Origin: Octopus sinensis | Taxonomy: Eukaryota | Length of the DNA stretch: 64,000 nt | Reading direction: 5' to 3' | NCBI RefSeq assembly: GCF_006345805.1 | Contig: NC_043000.1 | Coordinates: forward strand, 71,238,001-71,302,000 | Part shown: piece after piece, positions 49,800 through 62,284 of the stretch | How the letters are laid out: every line of letters begins with the position of its first letter | Numbering within the stretch: position 1 is the first letter of the stretch | Notes under the pieces: model-generated | What the model was told of the DNA's origin: nothing | Databases searched by the model: none | The model's input: the letters and a program-made list of their open reading frames with translations, nothing else | Translations under genes and position numbers: made by a program

Positions 49800-51755
49800 A
49801 ATAGACAACAAGAAGAGTGTGATGCGATTGCAATAGATGTTTTAATGGGTGAACGGTATTTTGACAGCTGGCCTGTCTTTGTCGATTTCAAAATGAAAAG
49901 TGATAAAAGTTCAAAATTATAGAAATTCAAATCCAATATACGAACGAGAGCAACCAACATCCCCATGTTGATGGAATGACATCATCAGTCTTCAGATTTC
50001 AAGTTTACTACTGACAAAAAGAAAAAGAAAGGAGAATATTTAATCAAACAGTTTTGTGTAAATATGATGAAATTCACTTGTCATTTTATTAATTCCTGCA
50101 GGGCATGATGTTAACCAGCAAACATATTTCTCCTCATGCATTTTGAGCATTGAAAGTGTAGCAGATTCAGAATAGTTTCTGAGAATATGTACTTCCAAAT
50201 CTTTTTTTCAAAATCGCAGCTGTTTGATGCAAAATGTTCAGCAAGTTCTGTTGAACTACTATTATTGTGTCTGACATCATATCTGTGCCCATTGAATCTT
50301 TTGTTTAATTGTTCTGCTGTACAACCAACATAAACCAAGCTGTGTTTGATGCATTCTGCTAAATACACCAAATGGGAATCTCTGCATGTCCCACCTTCTG
50401 TGTTAATCATAACATTTCTATTATGTTTCTTGATGGAATTCACTTGGCTCATTTTGTTGCACAATGAACAGGGCTTACCTCTCTTGCAGCTGTTTTTCAA
50501 ATTACAGCATGCAGGAATTCCAATGTTAGTTTTTTTTTGGAGTCAGAAGTAGAGGTTAATAGTTCTCTTATATTTTTTTTCCATCTAAAGGCTACAATGG
50601 GTGGCTGAGGAAATATTTGTTTGAAACGAGCATATTTTTCCATAACATGCTGGTAACTGTCATGTTGAAATGCTTGTGAAATTTCGGTGCCATTAAAGGA
50701 ATTCTGTCAGATATTGTACTTTGCCAAAATTATGCATGGAAGTTTGACTTTCTTTGCTAATCTTTGCTATGTCATTTGCTATTTCCTTTAATCATGATTC
50801 ACTGTAACTGCATTTGACATAATGGTGTACAAAAGTATTTGAATGTTTCCAGTAATTCCCTATATCTGTACAGATCTGTTTTATCCTCAAAAATTGGGAT
50901 TTCAGATTTGACTGAATTATATGATGTGGATGATCAGAGCAGCAGTGGAGGTAAATGTGGAATGATGTGGGCTTGCAAAATAACTCTGTCGCTATTCTGC
51001 CTCCAGAAAACTTAACTTTTGTGTCCAAATTTAAAATGCTAGTTTTTGAAAAACTAGATGTAAATTTTACATTGGACTTAAAGCCATAGTTTTTAGCATA
51101 ACAGTCACAAAAATGCAAGTCAATTAAACTATCCTATGATCCTTCCCAGACAAAAAAGACATCATCAATGAACCGTAACTGAGTATTGGTTCATGACTAT
51201 GTAGGGATTTGGATGTCTTCAGTAACTTTCGAATTTTGTCATGAAGACATTAGCGAAATTAACTGCCATGGGGGTACCCATGGTGCAACCCCTTGTCTGG
51301 TGGTAAAATTTTTGTCCAAACTCCATTGTGTTACTTTGTAACACAAACCTCAATAGCCTACAGAGAAAATTAGATGGAATAATCTGCTACACTTTCAGTC
51401 CTTAAAAGGCATGAGGAGAAATATGGTTGTGAGTCAACATCACTCTATGAAGGGATGAATAAAATAATAGAGAAATTTCATCATATTTACACAAAACTGT
51501 TTGATTAAATATTCCTCTTCTTTTTCTTTTTCTTTTCTCTTTTTTTTTTCTTTTTGCCAATTGTAAACATGAAATTTGAAGACTGATGATGTCATTCCAG
51601 CAATATGGGGATGCTGGTTGCTCTCATTCATATTTTGGATTTGAATTTTTATTACTTTTCATTTTGAACTCGATAAAGACATGATACCTATCGATATATT
51701 GTTCAACCAATAAAATATTTATTGCAATCACATCGCGCTCTTCATATTGTCTAAT
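49800..51755 (-). mobile_element. Penelope-like element remnant (RT C-terminal half plus GIY-YIG) flanked by about 300-bp inverted terminal repeats
   Basis: MGTPMAVNFANVFM, LRFIDDV, LFCKPTSFHIYLHCCSDHP...SQFLRIKQIC; GIY-YIG-type LVYLAECIKHSLVYVGCT...RFNGHR; 49800-50100 is the reverse complement of 51455-51755. Confidence 0.88.
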
Positions 51756-51775
51756 AATAATAACAATAACAACAA

Positions 51776-53370
51776 CACAGTTCTACTTGTATCATTCCTC
51801 TTCCCCCATTACTTCTAGGTAGGTACAGATGATCAACGTCTGCTTTGAGTGGTTCATGTTCTTAGATGTTAATAATTTTCTTGTCTTCCTGCCCAGGCAT
51901 TGGAGCTCCATCAGATTCCAGTTAATGATGTTAAAACTGTACTGGACTACTAGAAGTGTCAGGGTGTCAAAGTCTTATTCTCCTATAGTACTCCTTTCTT
52001 ATTTTTTCCTTCATAGTAGCATGTTGTATACTATCTCCATTTATCCCCATGTATTTATAACTTTCTTGTGGGTCAAGTTTAATGGAGGCTGTTTGTCTGA
52101 GCTTACCTCTTACAAAAGTTGCTTTAGTACACTTATCGAAGCCAAAATCCATCCCAATGTTGTTGTTAAACTCTTTAACAGTTGTTAGCAGCCCTACTGG
52201 CTCCTGGTCATTTCTAGCAAATGGCTTCAGATCATCCATATAAAACAGATGGTTTATTGTAGTGTTTTAAATTTTGTACCCATACCTGGTGTTATTTAGT
52301 TCATTTGAGAGTGGGATCAGGGCCATGCGAAAGAGTAATGGGGAGAGTACAGAGGACTGGATGTTGCAGCTTGTATGCAAACATGAAAGCAGTAAATTCG
52401 CAAGGGAATTTGACATTAACCCTGAATTAGATGAAGAACCTGAAACCATTGCCACCAAACATGCAAAATGGAACAAGCAAACTGCAAAAAAGAATGGGCA
52501 GAAACATACTGAGGAATAGTGGAGCCAGAAGCCCCTGCATGGAAGGTATATTCTTTGATGTCAAAATGCTAATGTAGATCAAGCAACAACTCATCAGTGG
52601 CTGAGAAGTTCAGGACTGAAAGCAGAGACTGATGATTTCATATTAGCGGCCCAAGATCAAAGCTTGCTTACCAGAAACTACCAGGCTAATGTTCTTCAAA
52701 ACGGTTCTGACCCTAAATGCAGATTTTGCAATACATTAGACCATCTCATTTCAGGATGTCCAAACGAATACATATATCACCACAGTAGGGTAGGTCAGTA
52801 TTTATATTGGAAAATATGTAAACACTACAAAATTGGCACTCCTGCTTACTGGTATGAACATCATCCTGAGCCAGTCGTTGAAGGTAAAAATCTTCTGGGA
52901 TTTTCCAGTCAACACTGACAGAACGATTCAGACTAATCAACTGGGCATAATTATTTAAAGACAGAGAATGTAAGTGTTCTCACTGGTTAAAATATATCTG
53001 TAAAGGAATTTGACAAATTAAGTAAATATAAGGACCTGGAAATTGAAATACAAAAGATATGGCATCTTAAAGCAAGAACTGTTCCTGTTATTGTAGATGC
53101 CCTCAGTATGATAAAAAAGGGATGTCAGAAACATCTAGACAGTATCCCAGAAGAACCATGTCTCAGAGAAATCCAAAAGATTGTGCTGACAAGTATTGCT
53201 CACATCCTTAGAAAAACCCTATCAATTTAAATATCATGAAGATATTTCGTTACTGCCCCTGCCACTTCTCCTCCCCAAACTTTCAGTCATGTTGTAACAT
53301 CTCTTATCCTTCACTCACCCTTGGACACCCGGTGTGTCTCGGTAAGTGATTGTAACAAACGTGCAGGTTA
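51776..53370 (+). mobile_element. R4/Dong-clade (RLE-type) LINE, truncated, with an inverted 5' segment (51776-52346 on -, 52347-53370 on +)
   Basis: Minus strand: LSPLLF..ALIPLS, YMDDLK, GMDFGFDKC, LYLPRSNGGRG. Plus strand: LHGRY, WLRSSGLKAE, AAQDQSLLTRNY, CCHC knuckle CRFC..DHLISGC, RLE tail KYKDLEIEI..VPVIV. TAA-rich flanks. Confidence 0.88.
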
Positions 53371-53723
53371 AAAGTGAATTATAATAATAATATTTATAAT
53401 ATTAATAATAATAATATTACAAAAAAATTGGTAATGTTTCAGGACAATACAATGTGGGGTTACATAAAGAAATGTATTAAAACACAGAAAAACAATAACT
53501 ATTATATTATATAGAGCTTAATATAAGTGAGATCTGATTAGATTACATGGTTATGTATGGTTTAAGTAACAGCATTTTTGTTTCTTGAAATTGAACCAAT
53601 AGGCATATACTTAGTACAGATTTGAATTAGTTTAAGTAAATTAACATTAATGAATTTATTGTAACAAAACATTCCTAAAGTTTTCATAACTCAAACTACT
53701 GTGTGTTTTTTTTACCTTTCCAG

Positions 53724-53941
53724 ATACTAGTGAAAAAACATTGGTACGGCAGTACAGCTTTGATATGGCTGACTCTCCTGAGAGAGGTATGAGCAGGTCT
53801 CCATCCCAAACGGAACATCCAGAAATTCAAGTTTTTTCTGCTGATGAATGTGAAAAGTTTCCATCCTCAGTAAATGTTAGAGAGAAGGAAGAAAATATTG
53901 TGATTGTGCAAAGAGAAACTTCACCTATCTCTCATGAAAGA
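53724..53941 (+). CDS. shn: shn exon (TSEKTLVRQYSFDMADSPER...SHER), 218 bp
   Basis: CCTTTCCAG acceptor, AGA|GTAAGT donor; phase 1 in, phase 0 out; overlaps ORF 53741-53974. Confidence 0.88.
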
Positions 53942-54132
53942 GTAAGTAATACTTTTCAAGGCATTTTAAATTAAATTAAATTTATTGAGTAGTCATAGAT
54001 GCACATTACATCATAAACTGCTTATAAAGTTTCATTATTTCTTTGTTATTTGTTTCTTATATCCCCATCCTTTTTTTTTCTCATAAATTGATATTTTCAT
54101 GATTCTAACTATTGTATTTTCTCTTGTTTTAG

Positions 54133-57100
54133 AAGGATTCCAAAAGACAACAATCTTCTGAAAAAGAAGAGACTAACCTATCAAACAGCCAGGCGCTAAT
54201 GGCATTAAAGACAACAAAAGGTCCAACTCATTGTTTACCTTCAGGAGTTTCTGTTGATCCTGTATTAAGTGAACCTTCTTCAACTCAGAAAATTATTTTT
54301 GTTTCTGAGATACCACAGAGTTTACAAACCATTGTAGCTAATGATGCTGGTCAAACATCAATAAGCACGGTGTCATTATCTTTTACAGGAATTCTTCCTA
54401 ATGGCAGTATGGGCCCTCTTGTTGGCCAGGTGTTACAAGGTTCAAGTAGCACAACATTGAATTCTACTAATACTACCATTACTCTTTCTCCACTTATCCC
54501 TCCATTTCAGTTTCAGCACCCTTTCCAAGCATTTGAAAGATCATCGGAAATAAAACCTGAAGAAACAAATGTAAAGTTAAAGGAAGATACATCATCTACT
54601 GTAATCATACCACTGGTAGACACTTCTGGTGAGAGCCAGTCACCAATCTGTAACCCCAAAACTGTTTTGTTACCTCAAACCTCTTGTGTGCAAACAGCAA
54701 ATAGTGTTGCAACAAGCATTATTCATAATTCTGATTCTAATAATCAGCTGCAACCTCAGCCACTGATTGGGCAAGTAGTTTTGCCAAATCAACAAACACC
54801 AAATAATTCTTCACTTGTGAGTATAATTGTGACTAATCAAGCTTATCAGACTACAGATGGATTATCCCCACAAAATCAGAACAAGCCTGAAAATGGGTTC
54901 CAATCAGTATACCAACGCATTCAGTCACCTCTGCAACAACATAGTAATAGTGAATCATGTATATCAGAAAGCAGGCATATTGAAAGGTCATCACCTTCAA
55001 AACTTGGAAGCAATATGCAAGTCAATAACATGGCTACCATCAAACCTTCCAGCTATATTTCTGAAGGATCTCATCAACCTCTTGCAGTTTTTACTCCAAC
55101 TAAAATTGTTGGCCAAAAATCACACTCTGAACAACAATCATCTACATTTGAAAGACATTCACCTGTAATGTTTGTAGATGATATTCAAAGAAGAAATTTA
55201 TATGAACAAAAAAAACTAGCTGAACAACAAACATCTTTCAAGATTCAACCATCAACAATGATTTCAAATGTACAAGTACCAGTTCATCATATCAGTAGAC
55301 AATCACCAAAGACACATGTAGAGAAAAGTTTCTCCCCTACTCTGTTTGCTGACAATTACTCTACAACCAGACAACACCAAACTGATCTTTCTGCTTCTAC
55401 ACAACCACAGTTAGAAGAATTTTTTCCAGTGCATCAAAATTCAGACAACTTTTCTTCAACTCAACAACACCAAAGAGAAAGGTATTCTCCTATGAGACAA
55501 CCAAATATGGAACAGTATTCTGCTCCACAGAACCAAGTAAATAGATATTCACCAAATCAGCAACTAAATATGGACAGATATCCAAAGACACAGCAGCAGA
55601 TGGAAAGATATTCTCCAACGCAGCCACTAAATGCAGATAAATATTCTCCTACAAAACAAATAGACATGGACAAATACTCTACTACACAGTTACAGTTGGA
55701 GAGGTATCCTGCTACACAACAACAGAAAATGAAGCATTATAATCCTGTTCACCAAAGCAATGTAGAGAGATATTCACCCACAAGACAACTCCATGTGGAT
55801 AGGTATTCCACAGTTCAACATGTGGACAGGTACAGTCTATCTCAACAACATGCAGATTTGTTGCCTTCACAAAATTATGTTGAAAGAGTATCACCATACC
55901 ATCCTCTTGAAAGATTGGCATCTCCAAGGCATCACAGATTTTCTCCCACAAGACAGTTGGGAGATAGGATTTCACCAACAAGACATGTAAACAGACTTTC
56001 TCCAACAAGGCAGCATGTAAGCAGATTGTCTCCAACACATGTTGATAGGTTTTCTCCTACTTGGCAATATACTGACAAACTGTCTCCAACTCAACAAGGA
56101 GTAGAGAGATTATCACCTTCACGTCAGCATTCAGAGAGAATGTCTCCAAGCCAACAGTTTCTAACTAGATTCTCTCCAACAAGACAAACTAACCGAATGT
56201 GTCAAAATGTTGACCTTGTGTCTAATCCCAAACCTCACGTTGACATGTCTTTAGAATGCCAATCTCCAACTAGACAAATAATACGAATGTCACCTCAGCC
56301 ATTCGGTGATAAGATATCTGGAACTACTCAGATCAATAGAGTTCCAAACAAATCAAATGAAACTTCAGGTCAAATACCATTAGAGCCATCTTCAAGTAAT
56401 CTGTCTGAACAACAGTCAACTGATAGATCACTTCCAGAATCAACCATTGAAAAAGTAATCATTGAAAAGCATTTATCATACAGACATTTAGAACCTCAAG
56501 TTTCTTCGAAGATCTTCGGATGCAATGCAACATCTAAGCCTAATGAAACACTCTGTGTTGAAAAACAACATGTTGTAACCAGTATATCTACATCCTGTTC
56601 TCAGACAATGCAGAAGTCATTTAAAGAGGATTTGAACCGTTGCAGAGATTGCAATAAGAAATTCTCTACTTCACAAGACTATACTGTGCACCGGAGACAA
56701 CACATGAAAACGCATCGAAGTGAAGATGCTACTACTTCTCATACACGACCTCATCTTCATAAGTGCTTTCACTCAGAAGGACATGCAGATTCCCGCTCAC
56801 TGAGCACCGAAGAGATACCAAAGCCTCCAGACTGTGTGAATTGTAAGGTGGACTTCTGGAAGCAAAACCACTTACCTAAACATTTATGGGCAAAGACTCA
56901 TAAAATGACATTAGAGAAATTACGTAACAAACATTCATCATCAAGTGATAGTGAGCCTGCTAACCTTGCAGACTCAGTATCTGAGACAATTAGTCATTCT
57001 ACTTCTGCTGTCACCGTTGTAGCTCCGTCCAGAGTTGAAACCATCCCTGCTTCTGAAAAAGCACTCGATTTGTCGAGAGATGAATCTCTTACAGTAACTC

Positions 57101-57510
57101 AGACAAGTATTGCAAAAACTTCTTCCCTAATAACAACTGCGAGTGTTACTAATGCAGCTAATATTCAGAGTGTTAGTGTTTCTAGTGAACCTACATTTAG
57201 ATTAAGTGAAGAAGAAAGCAAAATAACTGGATTAGAAACTCCAAGCCAACCACAGTTCTTATTACACCAACGACCACTCTACCAAAATTATCTCGAACCA
57301 TATAGTGATTCTAGTATCAAAATTAAGGATGAACCATTAGAATCGGATAAATGGTCTTCTGTTCGAAATCACCAGTGGTTAAGAGTAACCAATAACAGTA
57401 CTGAAATGACAGGAACTGGTATTATTCCTGTAATGTCTGTAATGGCTGTTACTTCCCCCAATATGTGTAATCTTTGCCAAGCTGTATTTCCTTCACATCA
57501 CCAGCTTCAA
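54133..57510 (+). CDS. shn: shn second giant exon (3,378 bp): Q/S/T-rich region, R-x-S-P-T repeats, two C2H2-type fingers, first half of the C-terminal triplet finger
   Basis: In frame with ORF 54199-57585; TTTTAG acceptor, CAA|GTGAGT donor inside CNLCQAVFPSHHQLQ, which the next exon completes. Confidence 0.93.
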
Positions 57511-57656
57511 GTGAGTCTTTTTTTACATAAAATATATTCATTATTTCTGGCATTATTGTCATCATTTTCATTCATACTGTTTTGATTATAATCACTTATT
57601 TTGTGTGTTGTGTGTGTGGAGGATCATGATCATATTTCCAAAACAATAGATGCTAA

Positions 57657-57800
57657 GTGTACTTAGCTAGGGAAGAAGCAGAAAAGAAGAGATTTGCAAG
57701 GATCAGGGGTATGAGGTGTTCCAAATTGCAAGACAGTGTTGATGACAAGAAAGAAGCTTGGAAGTGCTATTATAAGAGGTTGAAAAGAGAGAACTGCATT
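57657..57800 (+). mobile_element. Short internally deleted RTE fragment
   Basis: YLAREEAEKKRFA...DKKEAWKCYYKRL matches the RTE linker at 17760-17970. Confidence 0.7.
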
Positions 57801-60139
57801 GAACTATCTGTACTCAATATGCTCTACCCTGCCCTATCTGTATTGTCATCCATCACTCTCTCTTCTCTGTGTCCTATTCTGCTATCCTCTTGTCTATAAC
57901 TCTCTCCTCTCTCCTCTTGTCTATAACCCAATAACTGTTTCTACCATCCTATTCTTGTTCCTTTCATTAACCCTTGATCACATTACCTGAGTGAAAATAT
58001 ATGTCTAAACTTACTGAGTACTCTTTATACTTGTAGTGTATAAAATACAGGTGTCACAAAGGAAGCCACTCTGCTGCACACCCACTTGATTGATTAATAA
58101 GCAAAGTAGGATTGAGATGTCCTTTAGCAGATGGCAAATGAGAAAAGGAAGTGTAGGATTGTGAGGTCACTTCAATTATGTATCACTGAGGACTTATAGA
58201 CCTCTCTAGTGTTGGTGCTATGAGAAAATGCACTAACTACATTCTGCAAAGTAGTTGGTAATAAGGGCATCCAGTCTCGGAAACCAAGCCAAAATGATAT
58301 ATGCAAGTACCAATCTTTGAAAACAGTAGTTCCCAATAACAAAGGACTCAGACCTATTCAACTCACACCAGCATAGAAAATAGACATAAAGAGATAATGA
58401 AAATAGAATTTTAACTTTTTAATTATTCTTATAGAAGTTAGATGAAACTTTTATCTACTGGAAGCTTGCATTATTGTTTATATAATAATAGGATTTTTGT
58501 TAAAATTTCAATTTAAATAAATTAGTTTGATTTGGGCAGAAACAGGTCATTCTCTGACAGGTTGGAATTGAAAGAGTTAGATAAATCTTCACCATCTTCT
58601 ACATCTTTCTTGCATGTTAGCTCAAAAATTCATCGATAAAGTAATTGTCATTTTTTTTGCTCATGACTTATGCAAACTAGACAAATGGTTTTAAACTAGA
58701 TTATATCTTGCATGATCTGGTTTTACTCAAATCTTTTGCATTATTTGTCTTTATCATGCTTTTCTTCTTATTTGTTAGTTACATCCTATATCACTAGTTT
58801 ACAATTAATTAGTTCCAGTCTCTTGATTTTACATTGTACATCATACATAATGTTCTTAGCTAATTATTTCAAGATTTTGCTGCTTTCCAATCTTTTTATT
58901 ATATTTCAGTTTTGTGTTGCTTGAGCAACAGGTTGTATATGGTTGATTTATATATTGTATGAATGACATGCATGACAAAACTCTCTTTACAGTCAAACAT
59001 ATTTTCAACTTTCTTTTTGTTTAGTTTGACCAATATTCAATGATTATCAAATTTTTCTTGTGGCCAACATTGGTGACTTATTTAGAGTGGATAAGATCTG
59101 CATCTCCATCATCCTTAGAACTGGAGTTGATATATGTTGGGGAATTGAGGTGTCATTACAGCAAGTCCCTTGATTTCAGAGGTCAGTCTTCATGGATTGT
59201 CATATAGACTGAACATAGTTTGCTTTGGTCGCTACAAAGAGATAAAGTTTAATCATTAAGTGAGCCTTAGCCAAAGTAAATATCCCTTCAATCCTGAAAC
59301 TAGTGAGATTGTCCTGGAATGAAGGAAAGGGACACAATATATTCACCCTTTACCCTTTTGCTGAAAGTATCACTTCATATGGAATGCCACTGTGGTGACT
59401 CTGCTGCTCTATCATATGTCTTTAATGCTGTGGCAGAGGTTGGGGTTACTATGTCAGGTTGAATGAATAAAACACAAATACTCTAATGAATTTCTAGTCC
59501 TTTTGTTTAAAGTAATATATTATTGCTGTTACATTTTATAGTAGAAGATTATAACAAATGCAAGGACTTGTACTGTTTCTTTAATTTCTGTCAAAATCTC
59601 AAAATAAGTATATGACTGATCAAAACATTGAATTTCCTAAAAGAAATTTCTTTAAAATAAAATATTGTGTTGAGTCAAATGTTATGTGATATTTTGAGGG
59701 TGCTAGGTCTGGATTATATGCTGGGTGTGACATCAGTTTGATTGCCTCAAGTTTCTGGAGTTTATTCTGGGTTGTTCAAGCAGTATGAGGTCTTGCATTG
59801 TCTTGCTACAGAAGAGCTCACTTTCTGTTAACCAATATATTTATATTTATTGTAGCAATACTAATAAGTTGCTGTTAAAACTCAGTATACATATGTTTCA
59901 GAAAAAGCTCCAGTCAAGTACAGAGCAATAATAAGAAATTAAAATGACAAAGGAATAAGAAATTATGTCATAAACTTCATTAGCTTACAACTGTTTCTAT
60001 TACAAGATGCAATGCATTCATAATTAAATGCACAAACATTTCAACTATAAGTGCATTGCCTCCTATAGCAGAAACCACTGTAAGTTAATAAAGTTCATGA
60101 CAATTACTTATTCCTTTGTCATCACATAAAAAGCACTGA

Positions 60140-60296
60140 GTTCACTCTGTGAAGTTGTTGGTGTTAGGAAGGGCATCCAGCCGTAAAATCCCTGCCAAAA
60201 CAGACTCAGTAGCCTTGAGTAGATTTTCTACATGGCTGGCTCCTGTCAACCATCCTACCCATGCATGCATGGAAGATGGATGTTAAACGATGATGA

Positions 60297-60300
<4 letters not shown>
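60140..60300 (+). mobile_element. RTE-type 3' UTR fragment with (ATG)n tail; similar fragments at 877-1040 (-), 31230-31360 (+), 43740-43810 (-), 58230-58400 (+)
   Basis: Shares GTTAGGAAGGGCATCCAGCCGTA and TTAAACGATGATGAT with the 3' end of the RTE at 20150-20300. Confidence 0.75.
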
Positions 60301-60339
<39 letters not shown>

Positions 60340-60341
<2 letters not shown>

Positions 60342-60662
60342 GAGCACTCCGTGGTTATGATGACAAGGGTCCCAGCTGATATGATCAATGGAACAGCTTG
60401 CTCATGAAATTAATGTGCAAGTGGCTGAGCACTCCACAGACATGTGTACCCTTAATGTAATTCTCGGGGAGATTCAGCATGACACAGAGTAGGATAAAGC
60501 TGGCCCTTTGAAATACAGGTACTACTCATTTTTGCCAGTTGAGCAAACTGGGGTAACATGAAACATAGTGTCTTGCTCAAGGACACAACATGTCACCGGG
60601 AATTGAACTCATGGCCTTACAATCGTGAGCTGAATGCCCTAACTACTAAGCCATGAGCCTTC
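60340..60662 (-). mobile_element. tRNA-headed SINE family C
   Basis: Head TGGCTTAGTAGTTAGGGC...GAGTTCAATTCCC...GTGTCCTTGAGCAAGACAC on the minus strand. Confidence 0.78.
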
Positions 60663-60681
60663 TCACACACACACACACGTG

Positions 60682-60734
<53 letters not shown>

Positions 60735-61259
60735 GTCTAGGGAGAGTAATTCTCTATTAGTTCCTTATTATTTAACACACTCACTGGTTAAGTTTCCACT
60801 CATTTATTTTTTTTCTAAAATTTTCTTGCAACCTTTTCAATAGTCGTTGACTCTGTTCTTTATCTGAACGGCGTTCTTTTTGTTTGTTTGTGCACATGTG
60901 TGTGGGTTAGTGTGCATGTGCATACACATATTCAATTCAATTCAATTCATACACATATGTATGCATGCATGTGTGTATGTTTGTGTATATGCTGCATATT
61001 CATGTATTTGTGTGTTCGTGTTTGCATGTGTGTGTGTACCTGTGTCTCCTTGTGTGCGCATGTCTGAATATGTTTTTGTGTGTGTGTGTGTGTGTGTCTG
61101 TGTATGGGTTTTTGTGACTAAGTAATGCATCTGTTATGTATGGATGTGTGTCTCCATATGTGTCCTTGTGTGAAGTGAAGCGTGTGTGTATATGGTCACA
61201 TGTATAATATTTAAGTTTTACTTATTCTTTTTAATCTCAACATTTTATTTCATTTTTAG

Positions 61260-61367
61260 AGTCATATTTTGGTGCACAAAAACCATCGACCATATGTGTG
61301 TGAATATTGTGATGCTGGTTTTACAAAAAAGCAGTCACTCAAAATTCATCTTCAAACCCATTCACTG
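61260..61367 (+). CDS. shn: shn exon (SHILVHKNHRPYVCEYCDAGFTKKQSLKIHLQTHSL), 108 bp
   Basis: CATTTTTAG acceptor, CTG|GTTGGT donor; completes one C2H2 finger and encodes the next. Missed by the ORF track. Confidence 0.92.
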
Positions 61368-61796
61368 GTTGGTACTAATCTTTATTATAACTATCTTCAG
61401 TAATATAGCTAACACAGTGTGTCATAATCTTTGTCATGTATAGTTATCCATTGTTGATAATACATTGGTAGTTGTTAATCCAGTAACCATATTCCTATTT
61501 TGCCAGATGAATAAATTGTTAATAGGAAATCACTATTTCTAATTGATAAAACATTAATTTTATTTTCTTACATGTCTCCCTACATACCCTCCTTACTGAC
61601 TGTGTCCCAACCTATCACATTTTGATAAAGCCTATTCTTTGGAACTTTTCGTCTTCTGTCATCTTTCTCACCTCAAGATCAACAGTGTTACCTTCATGAA
61701 ATCCTTTTGTTAAAAATATATTTTATAAACATTCTAGTGAACATTCTAAACAAAAATTAACTGAAAGTAATATTTTTTGTTAATGTTACATTGGTA

Positions 61797-62203
61797 CAGT
61801 TGGTAATCCTTTATCCAAAATGCTTGGGAGTGGAGGTGTTTTGGATTTAAGATAATTTTAGATTGAAGAATTTTGGTATATTTGCATCTATAAATAGCAC
61901 ATTTTGGTCATGGGATTCCAGTCTAAATACAGTTACATTTCCTAATACTTCTTTTACATATAGATTTAATGTTGGTTCTGTTTTGCTTGATATGTAACAG
62001 TTTTACTTAAAGAATGTTTTGCTTTCCATGAAAACCAATCTATGTTACACTCTCACTTCAACTTTTGAACTACATAAAACAGTTACATGTTACTTTCATT
62101 CTGCGTTTACCTTCGCTTTTTAAAACCCTTCAGGAATTTTCCATTTGTGGTGTTTATTTCATAATTTTGGATTTCATAATTTTGGATAAAGGATTATGAG
62201 CTG
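61797..62203. mobile_element. Tc1/pogo (Tigger-like) MITE
   Basis: TA|CAGTTGGTAATCCTTTATCCAAAAT ... ATTTTGGATAAAGGATTATGAGCTG|TA. Confidence 0.8.
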
Positions 62204-62284
62204 TATTGTACTTTTGTTTAATGAACTTAATTCAGTTATATTTTTCTCTTCAATATCTTTACTTTTATCTTTTATTATATGCAG

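Noticed and set aside
49930-50000. CTGATGA in the Penelope terminal repeat as a possible hammerhead ribozyme (also about 51586)
   Set aside because: A hairpin follows, but no correctly placed GAAA or stem III could be found, so the catalytic core cannot be completed by eye. A covariance-model search would settle it.
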